A stretch of DNA of 62,879 bases, counting the filler, from Stramenopiles sp. TOSAG23-2 (taxonomy: Eukaryota): NCBI GenBank assembly GCA_900128395.1. It is 8 parts of 8 records of this genome, joined end to end, with 100 filler letters (N's around TTAATTAATTAA, not from the genome) between each part and the next. Parts side by side here need not be neighbours in the genome. Positions count along the whole stretch, not along the records: positions 47,285 to 55,051 come from LT650279.1; positions 55,152 to 62,879 come from LT650281.1; 6 more parts are not named here. The stretch is one strand, 5' to 3'. The translations under genes were made by a program, and so were the position numbers. Below the pieces are notes generated by a model that was not told the DNA's origin, did no database searches, and was given only the letters and a program-made list of their open reading frames with translations. Shown here piece after piece: positions 53,271 to 62,879 of this stretch (positions are counted from its first letter, which is position 1; each line of letters opens with the position of its first letter).

Positions 53271-55051
53271 TTAATCATCATATTCATTGTACATTTCTTC
53301 CATTTCCACTAATCCACGATTTGCTATACGTGCAAGGGTATCTAATACTTCAATATCATCTTGATCAAGTTCATATACTTCTACTGCTGCCATTACTCTG
53401 TCATCGCTACTTAAAATTAATTCTTTTAATGCCGCTTTTTGCACATTATCAATCACTCCTTGGTTGTACAATTGCGCAGCACCTTTTAATGCAACACCAT
53501 ATCGCCGACGCAATTGCGTGGTTTCAGGTGAAAAGTAACGCGAATCTTCATCTAAATATGCAGAGTAACCGGATGCACTTGATATTCTAGAAGTGTTCGA
53601 TTCGGATGATTGCTTTTTAGAGACTACTTTTGCTGCCTTTTGTTGTTGGACACGTCGTGTTGGACTTTGGCTTAAATATTTATTTCCAATATTTCCATCT
53701 ACCAATATAAAATCATCATCTTCCTCATAATCATCATCATCATCTTCCTCATAATAATCATCAGAGTATTCACGTCCATCAACATAATCGTAGTCTTGAG
53801 AGTCATCATTCAATACGCCAACTTGCTGCATTTCAGCTCTTGTTGGCCTATCACGTAATTGTGTAGCTAAAGAATCTTTCACAAAGCTCTTCTTAGATGC
53901 TACTACACCACCAGCTACACCTACATCTTTTATAATATTACGTTGTTTTAAATCTGAAAGACTAGGCCTAGATTCAAGCATATGACCTAAATGATTTGTT
54001 AACATTTGTTTTTCCAACTTTTCTTTTGTACTTAAAATGCTATCCGCAACGCCATCTTTATAAATTCCTTGTTCTCTTAGTTGTTCAACATCTGGTCTCA
54101 TTTCTAACAAATGCCCGACCGTATCTTTATTCATTTTTCGCTCCAACGTTGCTGCTAAACCTTGAATGCGTGGTGCAACGAAATTGCTTTTTTTAATACC
54201 ACTTTGTGTTATGAATTCTTCATTTGGCCTGGTCTCTAACAAATGGCCAACGACATCACCTACCATACGCTTCTCCAATTTACTTGCAACTCCTTGTATG
54301 CGTGGTGCAATTTTAGAATCTTTGTTTCGTAAAATTCCATCAGAAAACAATTGCTTAATATTTGGTCGTGATTCCAATAAATGTTGAACGCTATTTGTAT
54401 TGATTTGACGCTCTAATTTATTTGCTAAACCTTGTATACGTGGTGCAACTTTAGTTTTTTGCAACATACCTTGTTCCAACATCGAATCTTTGTCTGGTCT
54501 GTCAAGCAATAAGTGATTGACCATATCCGAGTTAATTTTTCGCTCCAACTTTGCTGCTAAGCCTTGTATACGAGGTGCTATGGCTAGATCATCTTTTAAT
54601 ACACCTGCATCAATTAATTCCTCCGCGTCCGGTCTTTGCAATAAACTTTGACTCACATTGTCTTTTGCCATCTTTTTTTCCAATTGTTTAGCAACACCTT
54701 GGATTTTGTCTGCAATATTGTTTTGTTGCAATATCCCGCCATTTACTAATGTATCCATCTCTGGTCGTTTATTTAAAGCATTTTTAACATTCCTGGTTGC
54801 TAATTGTTTTTCAAGTGATCTTTTTCTTTCCTCAACTGTACTATGTTGCGACTGAGGTTTACTTTGCTTTAATTGTAATTCTAACTTATTTGCCCTGGCT
54901 GCCATCGACATACTAGAAGTCATGGCAACCGCTGGCACCGATTTCCCATTGAACGTCGTTGCAGGTGCAGGTTTTGGCTTTGCCTTTGAACTATTGGCAT
55001 TAATATTGTTGCTTTTACTTGCCGATTTTTTGTTTCTTCTGAATTTTTTTC
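53271..55051 (-). CDS. RPEL-repeat (G-actin-binding) protein with 8 visible repeats, 5' truncated
   Basis: RPEMDTLVNGGIL, RPDAEELIDAGVL, RPDKDSMLEQGML, RPNIKQLFSDGIL, RPNEEFITQSGI, RPDVEQLREQGIY, RPSLSDLKQRNII and RPTRAEMQQVGVL. The frame is open to the gap. Confidence 0.88.
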
Positions 55052-55292
55052 NNNNNNNNNNNNNNNNNNNNNNNNNNNNNNNNNNNNNNNNNNNNTTAAT
55101 TAATTAANNNNNNNNNNNNNNNNNNNNNNNNNNNNNNNNNNNNNNNNNNNNAATAAAGCTCTCATGCGCCGCCGCAAGCTAATACTCTATAAGCACAAGT
55201 AGGTCTCCGAATCCAGCATATAACACTCTCGATGAAAGTGATGTGAACAGTCCATGGGTTTTCCAAAGTTTTTCCTCGTCAAAAATATCTTT

Positions 55293-58118
55293 TTACAATT
55301 CGTCTTGATATGGCTGTCCAGGATTGCATAGCCATCCACCATCGCCGTAACCAGCTTTCATACTTCGTATACATTGTCTTTCGATCAAGTAATCCAATCC
55401 TAACAAAGCTTCAAAATGAATAATAGGCTCTAAATTTCCTGCATTAAGTGTTGTATTCGCAACATGCCATACATGCGATCCTCGCCAAACATTTACTTGT
55501 TTTGGTGGTGGTGTATCCCATGGCAACATAATAGTAACCATTGTTGGTTTCGATCCAACACTGCTACTATGTATGCGAAGTATATATTGTTCTTTGGAAG
55601 GCGATTTTATTGTCAAAGTCACATTAGCAGACGTGATGATTCGTATTGATTGTTCAGGTAAATCAAGCATCGAAGCTTGTATAAATTCGATATAATCTAA
55701 TCTTTTAGAGGATTGATCCTTAGTCAATCCAATTACAGTAGCCAATCCTTTCAATTTTAGCTGCATTCCTAATAAATAAATTGTATTAACATAAGCAATG
55801 GTGCCACCTGAAGTTTGAACTTCAAAAGCATTTCCATTATTCAATGTTTCAAAAGAATCAATTATGACTTGTGTTTCCGACATGTTGCGTGGTTGAAGAA
55901 GTGTTAAAAACCCAGTACATGAAGTTGACAATTTATTATTCACAGCTGCAGCATTTATACGAATCCAAGTTGCTGTACGTGGCTTCCAATGCGCATTACT
56001 AGGCGCTACATTTTGCGCGGCGTTCCAATCACCGCCAAGGGCGCCCCCGACAGCAGTCTGTCCATACTCTGGGACAGACCCAGCAGATCCTGTCATTCCA
56101 GTAAATTGTGTAGGTAATGGATCTGCTTCGACATGTAACAAGCCAGAAGCCTGTGGGGAGGATGGTTGCAAGATCGTGAAATCGAATTTTAAATCATTCA
56201 ATGCATTGCATTCTAGACGAGTCACATTATCATCATCCCCTGGCACACCTGTTGCAAAGCATCCAATTTTTCCTGGCCAACCTAATTGTGTTACTACATG
56301 CAAATTGTACGTCGCTTGGGAGCATTCTTCGATTGGTGCATTTATATCATCCCATAATAAATATGATCCATCACGACGATTAGCAAAAACACGACGATGG
56401 TAACCATTAACACCTGCAAGTTGAGATGCTTGAACGGCACGAGTTATATTGAGGTCCACATAATCCATGGCAGATGAAAAAATATGAGATTCTACCCAAG
56501 CTGCACCACGCAATCCCCACTCATGTCCAAATGCACCTGCAGGTCGCCAGTTCTGTTTTTCCGGTAAAATGTCCGGACCTTCCTTTGCAAAATTCACCAT
56601 TGAATGACTTTGCGAACCTCTATACCATGCGCCAAATTGTAAATCTTTGTCAAATGCTGTGCCATTGTACCGACTAGGTGGAATTGTTCCAAACCAATTA
56701 TACCCGCACCATCCAACACCTGGATCCAACACAATTGGAGTATTGTGCGAGTACAAACTAAAAGAACCTCTATCAGGATGCTCGTGGCCCTCGGTTTGAC
56801 GTTGTGTGCTGGTAGACATTATAAAGTATGGTCGACTTGCAAGTAGTGGTTGTTCCAATACGGCGTAGCTGGATAATAAAGTTGATTGTCTGTTTTGCTC
56901 AATTGGCAATAAGGCCTGAAATTCAACATCATAATGGTTCTTCTTATCATCATTATTATTATTATTATTATTGCTATTATTATCGCTATTGCTTTTAATG
57001 TTAGTAGCTGTAAATGGTGCAGCAAATTGATCTCCACACTCGCCAGAATGAATACAACCTATAAATAAATAAGATGATAACTGAGCCGGTGGTGATGGCT
57101 CAAGTCCAAATGGAGCACAAGCTCGAAGCCAACTTTTCCATAATTTCATAGCATACGTTGGATCAGATTTGACATACGCAGCTGCTGCCCATCCCAATGT
57201 AACAGACCATACTGTCTCCCAATTACCATCTGATAATGCTGGGGTAAGACTGCAACCTCCCATAGTACGATCTTGTGGGGTTTGTACATGACGATACCAA
57301 CCAACATACTTTTTGAAGTTTGGCATATCATTAAATGCATCCAAAATTCCCGCTTCGCGAAGTGCATAGGCAAATGGAATAAATGCAGCAAGAACACGAC
57401 CATGGTAACGTGTGGTTGGTTCGTGCCATTGACCGTCTTCCATGACACCATTTGAAAGCATCCATTTGAATTCATACACAGCTTGATCCAACCACTTTGT
57501 GCTATTTTCATGATTTGGCAATGTCAATGCGATGAGACCAATTGCTGCTAATCGGTCCGCAGCTGGGTTCATTAATCGAGAAGCCATATCTTTTGCAACA
57601 CCAATTGAAGAATACATGTAATTTGCATTTACAGCAAATGCATGTTCAATCGATTCTTTTTCTTCTGGTGTAAATAATTCTGCCAAGACATCATAAGATG
57701 CTATTAACTGTTCTAAATTTCTCTCACTCCCGGCAAACCAATTGCCAGTTGCAGGGGTGATTGAAAGTGCCTCTTTATACACTAACGTTTTCGCCAGCAT
57801 TCCCCAACTTGTTGAATTTTCTCCAAAATCAGAAATAAACAATGTTGTTGCTAATTCTTGCCTGGTTCCTGGTCCATTTTCGACATCTACCATTACTCCA
57901 CCAGCGCTATAGTTTAGTTGATGTAATAAGGCATCTTCGTATTGTTGCAAAACGTTATGGAAAAATGTATTATCTTTTTTAGATTGTAAGTGTGGCAAAT
58001 CTTTTTTTGAAAAATAAAGACGTGGATGCGTAACTACTTGATCTGCTATTATCAATTTAGTTGCAATGCAAGCGGTTAATAGGATACAATGCAACAAGCG
58101 AATATTTATAAAATCCAT
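55293..58118 (-). CDS. Secreted heparinase II/III-like polysaccharide lyase
   Basis: Signal peptide; HPRLYF; helical domain with DGQWHE...YH; GHEHPDRGSF.L......VLDPG and WY..SQSHSMV, typical of Hepar_II_III domains. Confidence 0.8.
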   Translation of the reverse strand: MDFINIRLLHCILLTACIATKLIIADQVVTHPRLYFSKKDLPHLQSKKDNTFFHNVLQQYEDALLHQLNYSAGGVMVDVENGPGTRQELATTLFISDFGENSTSWGMLAKTLVYKEALSITPATGNWFAGSERNLEQLIASYDVLAELFTPEEKESIEHAFAVNANYMYSSIGVAKDMASRLMNPAADRLAAIGLIALTLPNHENSTKWLDQAVYEFKWMLSNGVMEDGQWHEPTTRYHGRVLAAFIPFAYALREAGILDAFNDMPNFKKYVGWYRHVQTPQDRTMGGCSLTPALSDGNWETVWSVTLGWAAAAYVKSDPTYAMKLWKSWLRACAPFGLEPSPPAQLSSYLFIGCIHSGECGDQFAAPFTATNIKSNSDNNSNNNNNNNDDKKNHYDVEFQALLPIEQNRQSTLLSSYAVLEQPLLASRPYFIMSTSTQRQTEGHEHPDRGSFSLYSHNTPIVLDPGVGWCGYNWFGTIPPSRYNGTAFDKDLQFGAWYRGSQSHSMVNFAKEGPDILPEKQNWRPAGAFGHEWGLRGAAWVESHIFSSAMDYVDLNITRAVQASQLAGVNGYHRRVFANRRDGSYLLWDDINAPIEECSQATYNLHVVTQLGWPGKIGCFATGVPGDDDNVTRLECNALNDLKFDFTILQPSSPQASGLLHVEADPLPTQFTGMTGSAGSVPEYGQTAVGGALGGDWNAAQNVAPSNAHWKPRTATWIRINAAAVNNKLSTSCTGFLTLLQPRNMSETQVIIDSFETLNNGNAFEVQTSGGTIAYVNTIYLLGMQLKLKGLATVIGLTKDQSSKRLDYIEFIQASMLDLPEQSIRIITSANVTLTIKSPSKEQYILRIHSSSVGSKPTMVTIMLPWDTPPPKQVNVWRGSHVWHVANTTLNAGNLEPIIHFEALLGLDYLIERQCIRSMKAGYGDGGWLCNPGQPYQDEL

Positions 58119-58626
58119 TATTATATTGAAGACTATATTTCTATATCTAATACAATTTGTTATTTGTTCTTCCTACATTATAAGCTTAATTCGTTTGTTT
58201 TGGTTTTGTTTTGGTTGAATTGATTTCTAAAGATAGCCAGATAGATACATGTAGCTAATAATATGCAGAATGCTGGAATGCCTATATCAGAAGTGCAGAA
58301 TACCTGGTAATGATGCAAAGAAAAGAAAGAAGTGTGCCAGTGCATGACAACATAAACAATAGTACTAACACCAGGTATAATTTTATTATACTAATATTAA
58401 TACCACCAGGTACCACGTAGTATTAAAGGGCTATTAAGTAGGCGTACTGGTAGTGTCTAATTGACTAAATTCCTATTATTTTTTACAATGGACCTACTGT
58501 ATAAAAGTAATGTTGTATGGAATTTAAATTAATAAAATAATTCTTAATGATAGATCTAAATGATAAAACATTTTTTATCATTACACCGTATACTAGTGTT
58601 TAATCTCTTGTCAGGTCATCACTTCA

Positions 58627-59592
58627 TTACTTTTTCGTGAAAATTTTCGTCGATTCATCTGGTAATCCTAATCTGTTGTAATATATTTTCAATGGTTTTC
58701 TTCCTGGTTTAATACTTGTGCCATCATTTGACATACCCCAGCGAACTGGTAGTAACCAAAACAATGGATTTGGTCCGAAGACGCAAACAAAGTTTTGATA
58801 TAAGCCTTTCTGAAATAAAGATGTTTTATATACGTCTTTAACCTTTTGTCCAGTAGAAAATTGTTTCGCATCTTTTGCACGATATTTTTCGCAAAATTCG
58901 ATAGTAGTATATGCATTGTATATTAACCAACAATGCATTCCTAAAAACATTGTCAATACACCGCTCATAGCAATTGCTAAAAACCATGAAAATATTATAA
59001 TTATATCCATTACAACAATTGGTCCTTTTATTACCTGGAAGAATTTAAATCTCATCAATATTACATATGATATAATACCAGCAACACCGTATACTAACAA
59101 TAAGACAAAGTATTTGTAATTTAAGAATCCAACACAATTACGTATGTATGGACAATGGTGATCCATTTGCAATGTACATTTGCCACATTGTCGGCAATGG
59201 TGCGTTCTATCCGGTTTGAATTTACCACATATTCTACAAAACCGTGGCTTGCCATCCATTTTTCTTTCGATTTGCATGCCGATAAGAGTTGGCGTGCCAC
59301 TGGATTCGTATCGCTCAGAGCTTGGATCCCAAGGCCATTTGGATGGTACTCTTCCTGGAGATGAAAAGTGTGCCAATAACCAATTAATCATGATCATGCC
59401 AAACATGGCTGACATGTACGGTACATGTACTTTAGGATTTCCAATGACGGGTACAAAACCACCTCGAACTTTAACAAGTCCAGGTAAGAAAGACCACATA
59501 AATGTGAAATAACAATTTAAGATTAAAGCCACACAAAAGGCTATGGGAAAGTAATCACGGCAAAAGTTCGTGCCACCGGATCCCCCTGCCAT
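58627..59592 (-). CDS. DHHC palmitoyltransferase
   Basis: [46 protein letters not shown] motif; four TM segments. Confidence 0.96.
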   Translation of the reverse strand: MAGGSGGTNFCRDYFPIAFCVALILNCYFTFMWSFLPGLVKVRGGFVPVIGNPKVHVPYMSAMFGMIMINWLLAHFSSPGRVPSKWPWDPSSERYESSGTPTLIGMQIERKMDGKPRFCRICGKFKPDRTHHCRQCGKCTLQMDHHCPYIRNCVGFLNYKYFVLLLVYGVAGIISYVILMRFKFFQVIKGPIVVMDIIIIFSWFLAIAMSGVLTMFLGMHCWLIYNAYTTIEFCEKYRAKDAKQFSTGQKVKDVYKTSLFQKGLYQNFVCVFGPNPLFWLLPVRWGMSNDGTSIKPGRKPLKIYYNRLGLPDESTKIFTKK

Positions 59593-60248
59593 ATTTGATT
59601 ACGATACTAAAGACACTTATTAGAATATTTTGTTGTCGGGGAAAGTGATTATTTTTATTTTTGGATATAAAGTATTTCTCCTAAATGACTATGACTATTT
59701 ATGATGTATATTTTGTCTCCATCTTTTAGTCTGTGTCTTTATTTATTTATCTAATAATATTTATATATTTTTATTACAGTAGTATATATTAATAGACTAC
59801 TACTGGACTATAATACTGCACTACTGGACTAATAGATTAGTTGCATTATTATATTTTATCATCTTCTTATCACAATCTAATATTATACATGTAATACCGT
59901 AATAATGCTGATAAAATATCGAGAAAGAGTCTACGACGCAGACGATGCTGATAAAGTGATAAAGTGTAAAGTGACGACGATTTTTAACCTTAAAATATAG
60001 AAGGTGAATAGCAATAAAGGTGTCCAGATCCAATCCCTCGTATAATACCAGGTACATATGTTATTATTGAAATTATTATACAGTAAGTCTTCCAGGTCGG
60101 TCCCAAATCTAATATATAATACATCTATTTTTTTTTAAAGAAACAAAATTTCAAAAAAACGACAACGCATAGAAAAAAAAAAAAGAGCAATCGTGTTATA
60201 AATCAATCAACATATACCATAACTTGTTTGTTTTGAAGATACTAGAAG

Positions 60249-61331
60249 ATGGAGAAAAATATTAGGAAGAAAGGTAAGGGTAAAATGCATGAAAACTTAG
60301 TTGAACGAGCGTTACGGAAAATTATATACAATGAATATGGCAAAATGAATCATATGATTCAAGCAATGGAAAGACAGACGAGGCGTGTGAACGATTTAGC
60401 AAGTACAATAGAAATAAATAATGCTAAAGCATACGCGATGGTAGATTTCGATAGGGTATTGACCCCAGATTCTTCATCAATTGACATTTCTGGCAAAGGT
60501 AATAAAAAATACAATACACCTAATTTTTTAAATGATAAAGACAAACGCTTATACAACGCTATTAAAACTAGAATAAAAATTGCAAATGAAACTATTAAAA
60601 TTGAAGAAAATAAAATTTTTAATTTAATGGATAAAAATGAACAAGAAAAATCCATTTTTATCGATATATTCGACACAGCAAATGATGGGGAATACATGCC
60701 GGTTGAATCTTACTCACCATATCAAACAAAAGAATCAGTAGTGCATTTTTTCGACTTTAAAGAAGGTTTAGGCTTATACAAAAATGTTAATGACAATAAG
60801 AAAAAGCAAAAATTAAAAGCAAATAATAATACAAAAATGATGAAAAATAAAAATACTACAAAAATGACAACTAATAATGATAGTAATAATGAAAATACAA
60901 AAAAATATTATAACATTCTACTATATGGATCACACAAGGACGAAATGAAACTTCAAAAATTGTTACATAATCATATGGGATCATCAATGTGGAACAATAA
61001 TTTTAAAAACTTTGAAACAACAATGGAAAATTACAGACAAAAAACAAGAAATGATAGCAACACATTGGATGAGCTACTTTTTCAAATATATTCTAAACGT
61101 TGTGAGACAACCTCTAATATATTTACGAAATGGATAAATGATGTCATAGAGGAGTTGAATCTTACGTTTCATGGAAATAGAAATGAAACTGATGCCAGTA
61201 ACACGTTATTAAAGTTGCTTTTTTTTGCCACAAAGGTTTTAAATAATGAAATAAATGATATGAAATATAAATTAAGCATGTATAGAAGTTCGGCTAATGA
61301 AAAAGAAATGATGTTCATTCCACGAAGTTAA
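60249..61331 (+). CDS. Hypothetical protein (360 aa)
   Basis: Long ORF with coding-like composition; no family recognised. Confidence 0.6.
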   Translation: MEKNIRKKGKGKMHENLVERALRKIIYNEYGKMNHMIQAMERQTRRVNDLASTIEINNAKAYAMVDFDRVLTPDSSSIDISGKGNKKYNTPNFLNDKDKRLYNAIKTRIKIANETIKIEENKIFNLMDKNEQEKSIFIDIFDTANDGEYMPVESYSPYQTKESVVHFFDFKEGLGLYKNVNDNKKKQKLKANNNTKMMKNKNTTKMTTNNDSNNENTKKYYNILLYGSHKDEMKLQKLLHNHMGSSMWNNNFKNFETTMENYRQKTRNDSNTLDELLFQIYSKRCETTSNIFTKWINDVIEELNLTFHGNRNETDASNTLLKLLFFATKVLNNEINDMKYKLSMYRSSANEKEMMFIPRS

Positions 61332-61623
61332 TAGAGTATATGCATACTATAGTATAAATTACTGGACGACAGTAACATTATTTTAAAATTAAATTAATAT
61401 TTGTGCGTGGTAAATAAAAAATCAAATCTCCAAAAATATTATTTTTTTTTTTATATTTTATTATTCTCTCTCTTTTTTTCAAAAAATAAATACGAAATTC
61501 GTACACATATACGTATGTATATACTTCGTAAAATGTACGGCTTCGGTATAAAACAGAGATCTGGGAGATCTTCTCTCTCTCTCATTTTGTGTTCCTTCCA
61601 GAAAAAAAAATTCTTTTATTTTT

Positions 61624-62154
61624 TTATGTATCATTTCTGCTTTTCTCTTTTTCTTCATAATCCTGTTTCACTACGTTCTCTTCACTATTATTATTATTAT
61701 AGCCTTGTTCATATTCCTTTAAATTTTCCTCAGTCAAAGCAAATGATTTACTATAATCATCGTCATAATGATGATTATCCGATTTCTTGTAATTTTCATT
61801 ATATACTGAATAATTATCTTGTTGATCTTGTCCGTCTTGTTGTATATTTTCACCATTAGTTTTCCCGACAGCTTGTCTTGCTGCTTGCCAACTATCATTT
61901 ATATATACATCAGGATGATTATCAGCGTAGTAAGTTTCCCCAGTTTCTTGATTATACCAATATGTGTTTTCATTGTATTCATCGTAACATTGGATCCATG
62001 GATCATTTCCATTAGCTGTATTTAGATCATGTCGCACCCATGGTGCTGGTGGTTTTTTATCTGGATCTTCGTATGTACATTCTAAAGTCATTTTATCTCT
62101 CCAGTACTTATACCCATGGCTATCAAATAAAATTTCATATAAGTCTTTTGTCAC
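61624..62154 (-). CDS. WW-domain protein (start/upstream exon unresolved)
   Basis: YEILFDSHGYKYWRDKMTLECTYEDP and WIQCYDEYNENTYWYNQETGET are WW-like. There is no in-frame ATG ahead of the first WW, so an upstream exon is likely. Confidence 0.6.
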   Translation of the reverse strand: MTKDLYEILFDSHGYKYWRDKMTLECTYEDPDKKPPAPWVRHDLNTANGNDPWIQCYDEYNENTYWYNQETGETYYADNHPDVYINDSWQAARQAVGKTNGENIQQDGQDQQDNYSVYNENYKKSDNHHYDDDYSKSFALTEENLKEYEQGYNNNNSEENVVKQDYEEKEKSRNDT

Positions 62155-62704
62155 ATAAAAAATAATAACGTTTATAAAACCGTATATAACCTTAATCCTA
62201 CATCCTGACTAAGAATACATTTTTTGATATAATAGGATCATCTTTCTTGCATATTAGCCGCTCTTTAGACAGTACAGCAAATATACTAATAGAGGTTTGT
62301 TTTTCAATTTAAATTGAATAAAAAATGAAATCTAAATCCTTAAAATTTATACCCAGAAAAAGACTATTTACTATTTAATAGTATTATTTAAATAGAGCTA
62401 CTATATACCAGTAGGATAAGTACCAGCTGGCCCAGCTGGCCAGGTATGAAAAGATAGAGAAGTTTCACTAAATCGATTAATAAAATGTATTCTGATCCAT
62501 GGATTATTAGTTTTTTTTAAATAATAATGAAAGAAGTAAGTGATGTAAATATATTGTATTGCAATTCTTGTTGTTGTTGTTAGTAATGAATGATATAATA
62601 CTATATATAAGGGGGAAAATGCATATATTATAAAGGGTTGGAAAAATAGAAGAGAAAATTCTTTGGAGAAACAAAACGCAAAAAGAAATTTGATTAGATA
62701 CATT

Positions 62705-62879
62705 ATGGATGGCAATGATAAAAAATATTGTATGTCATGTGAAAATATAATTCAAGGTACATATCAAATAAGAAAATATTCAAGAAAAGAATATGTGTTA
62801 TGTCAAAGATGCAGTCAAGAAAAACGCCGCGAACAACGGACTCGCGCATCCATCATCGACGATGTATCTTGCGTTTTCT
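62705..62879 (+). CDS. N-terminal fragment of a zinc-finger-like protein, truncated by window end
   Basis: MDGNDKKYCMSCENIIQGTYQIRKYSRKEYVLCQRCSQEKRR.. with two CxxC pairs; open to the end. Confidence 0.55.
   Translation, partial: MDGNDKKYCMSCENIIQGTYQIRKYSRKEYVLCQRCSQEKRREQRTRASIIDDVSCVF

Noticed and set aside
55152-55202. Possible + strand gene end (NKALMRRRKLILYKHK*) at contig start
   Set aside because: Too short to support.

Overview
AT-rich eukaryotic DNA with the standard genetic code and few, short GT-AG introns. The gene content (ciliary proteins, ESCRT, NEK kinase, secreted glycan-active proteins) suggests a flagellated protist, possibly a stramenopile; this is inference. The window is not one locus. 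It is eight ~7.8-kb contigs joined by artificial 100-bp spacers (N44-TTAATTAATTAA-N44) in order of decreasing length, so gene neighbourhoods mean something only within a contig. It holds about 27 protein-coding genes or fragments, one initiator tRNA-Met, and a cluster of four box C/D snoRNAs (U34-, U31-, U58/snR68- and U15-like) that the ORF track does not show. Highlights: (1) a 2378-aa protein joining a UvrD-type helicase, a RecB/Cas4-like Fe-S PD-(D/E)XK nuclease, an RNase-H-like domain and a Upf1/Dna2-type helicase; (2) a Kir-type channel with a non-canonical filter, separated by one in-frame TAA from at least four tandem CPY-motif GST/DHAR/CLIC-like domains; (3) two snoRNAs with a compensatory box C/D variant (AUGAUUA/AUGA); (4) CHMP1 and VPS4 arranged head-to-head; (5) a gustatory-receptor-like 7TM channel candidate; (6) a reelin/EGF/vWD/lectin/DNRLRE mosaic secreted protein. 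All family assignments are by eye from motifs; no searches were run.
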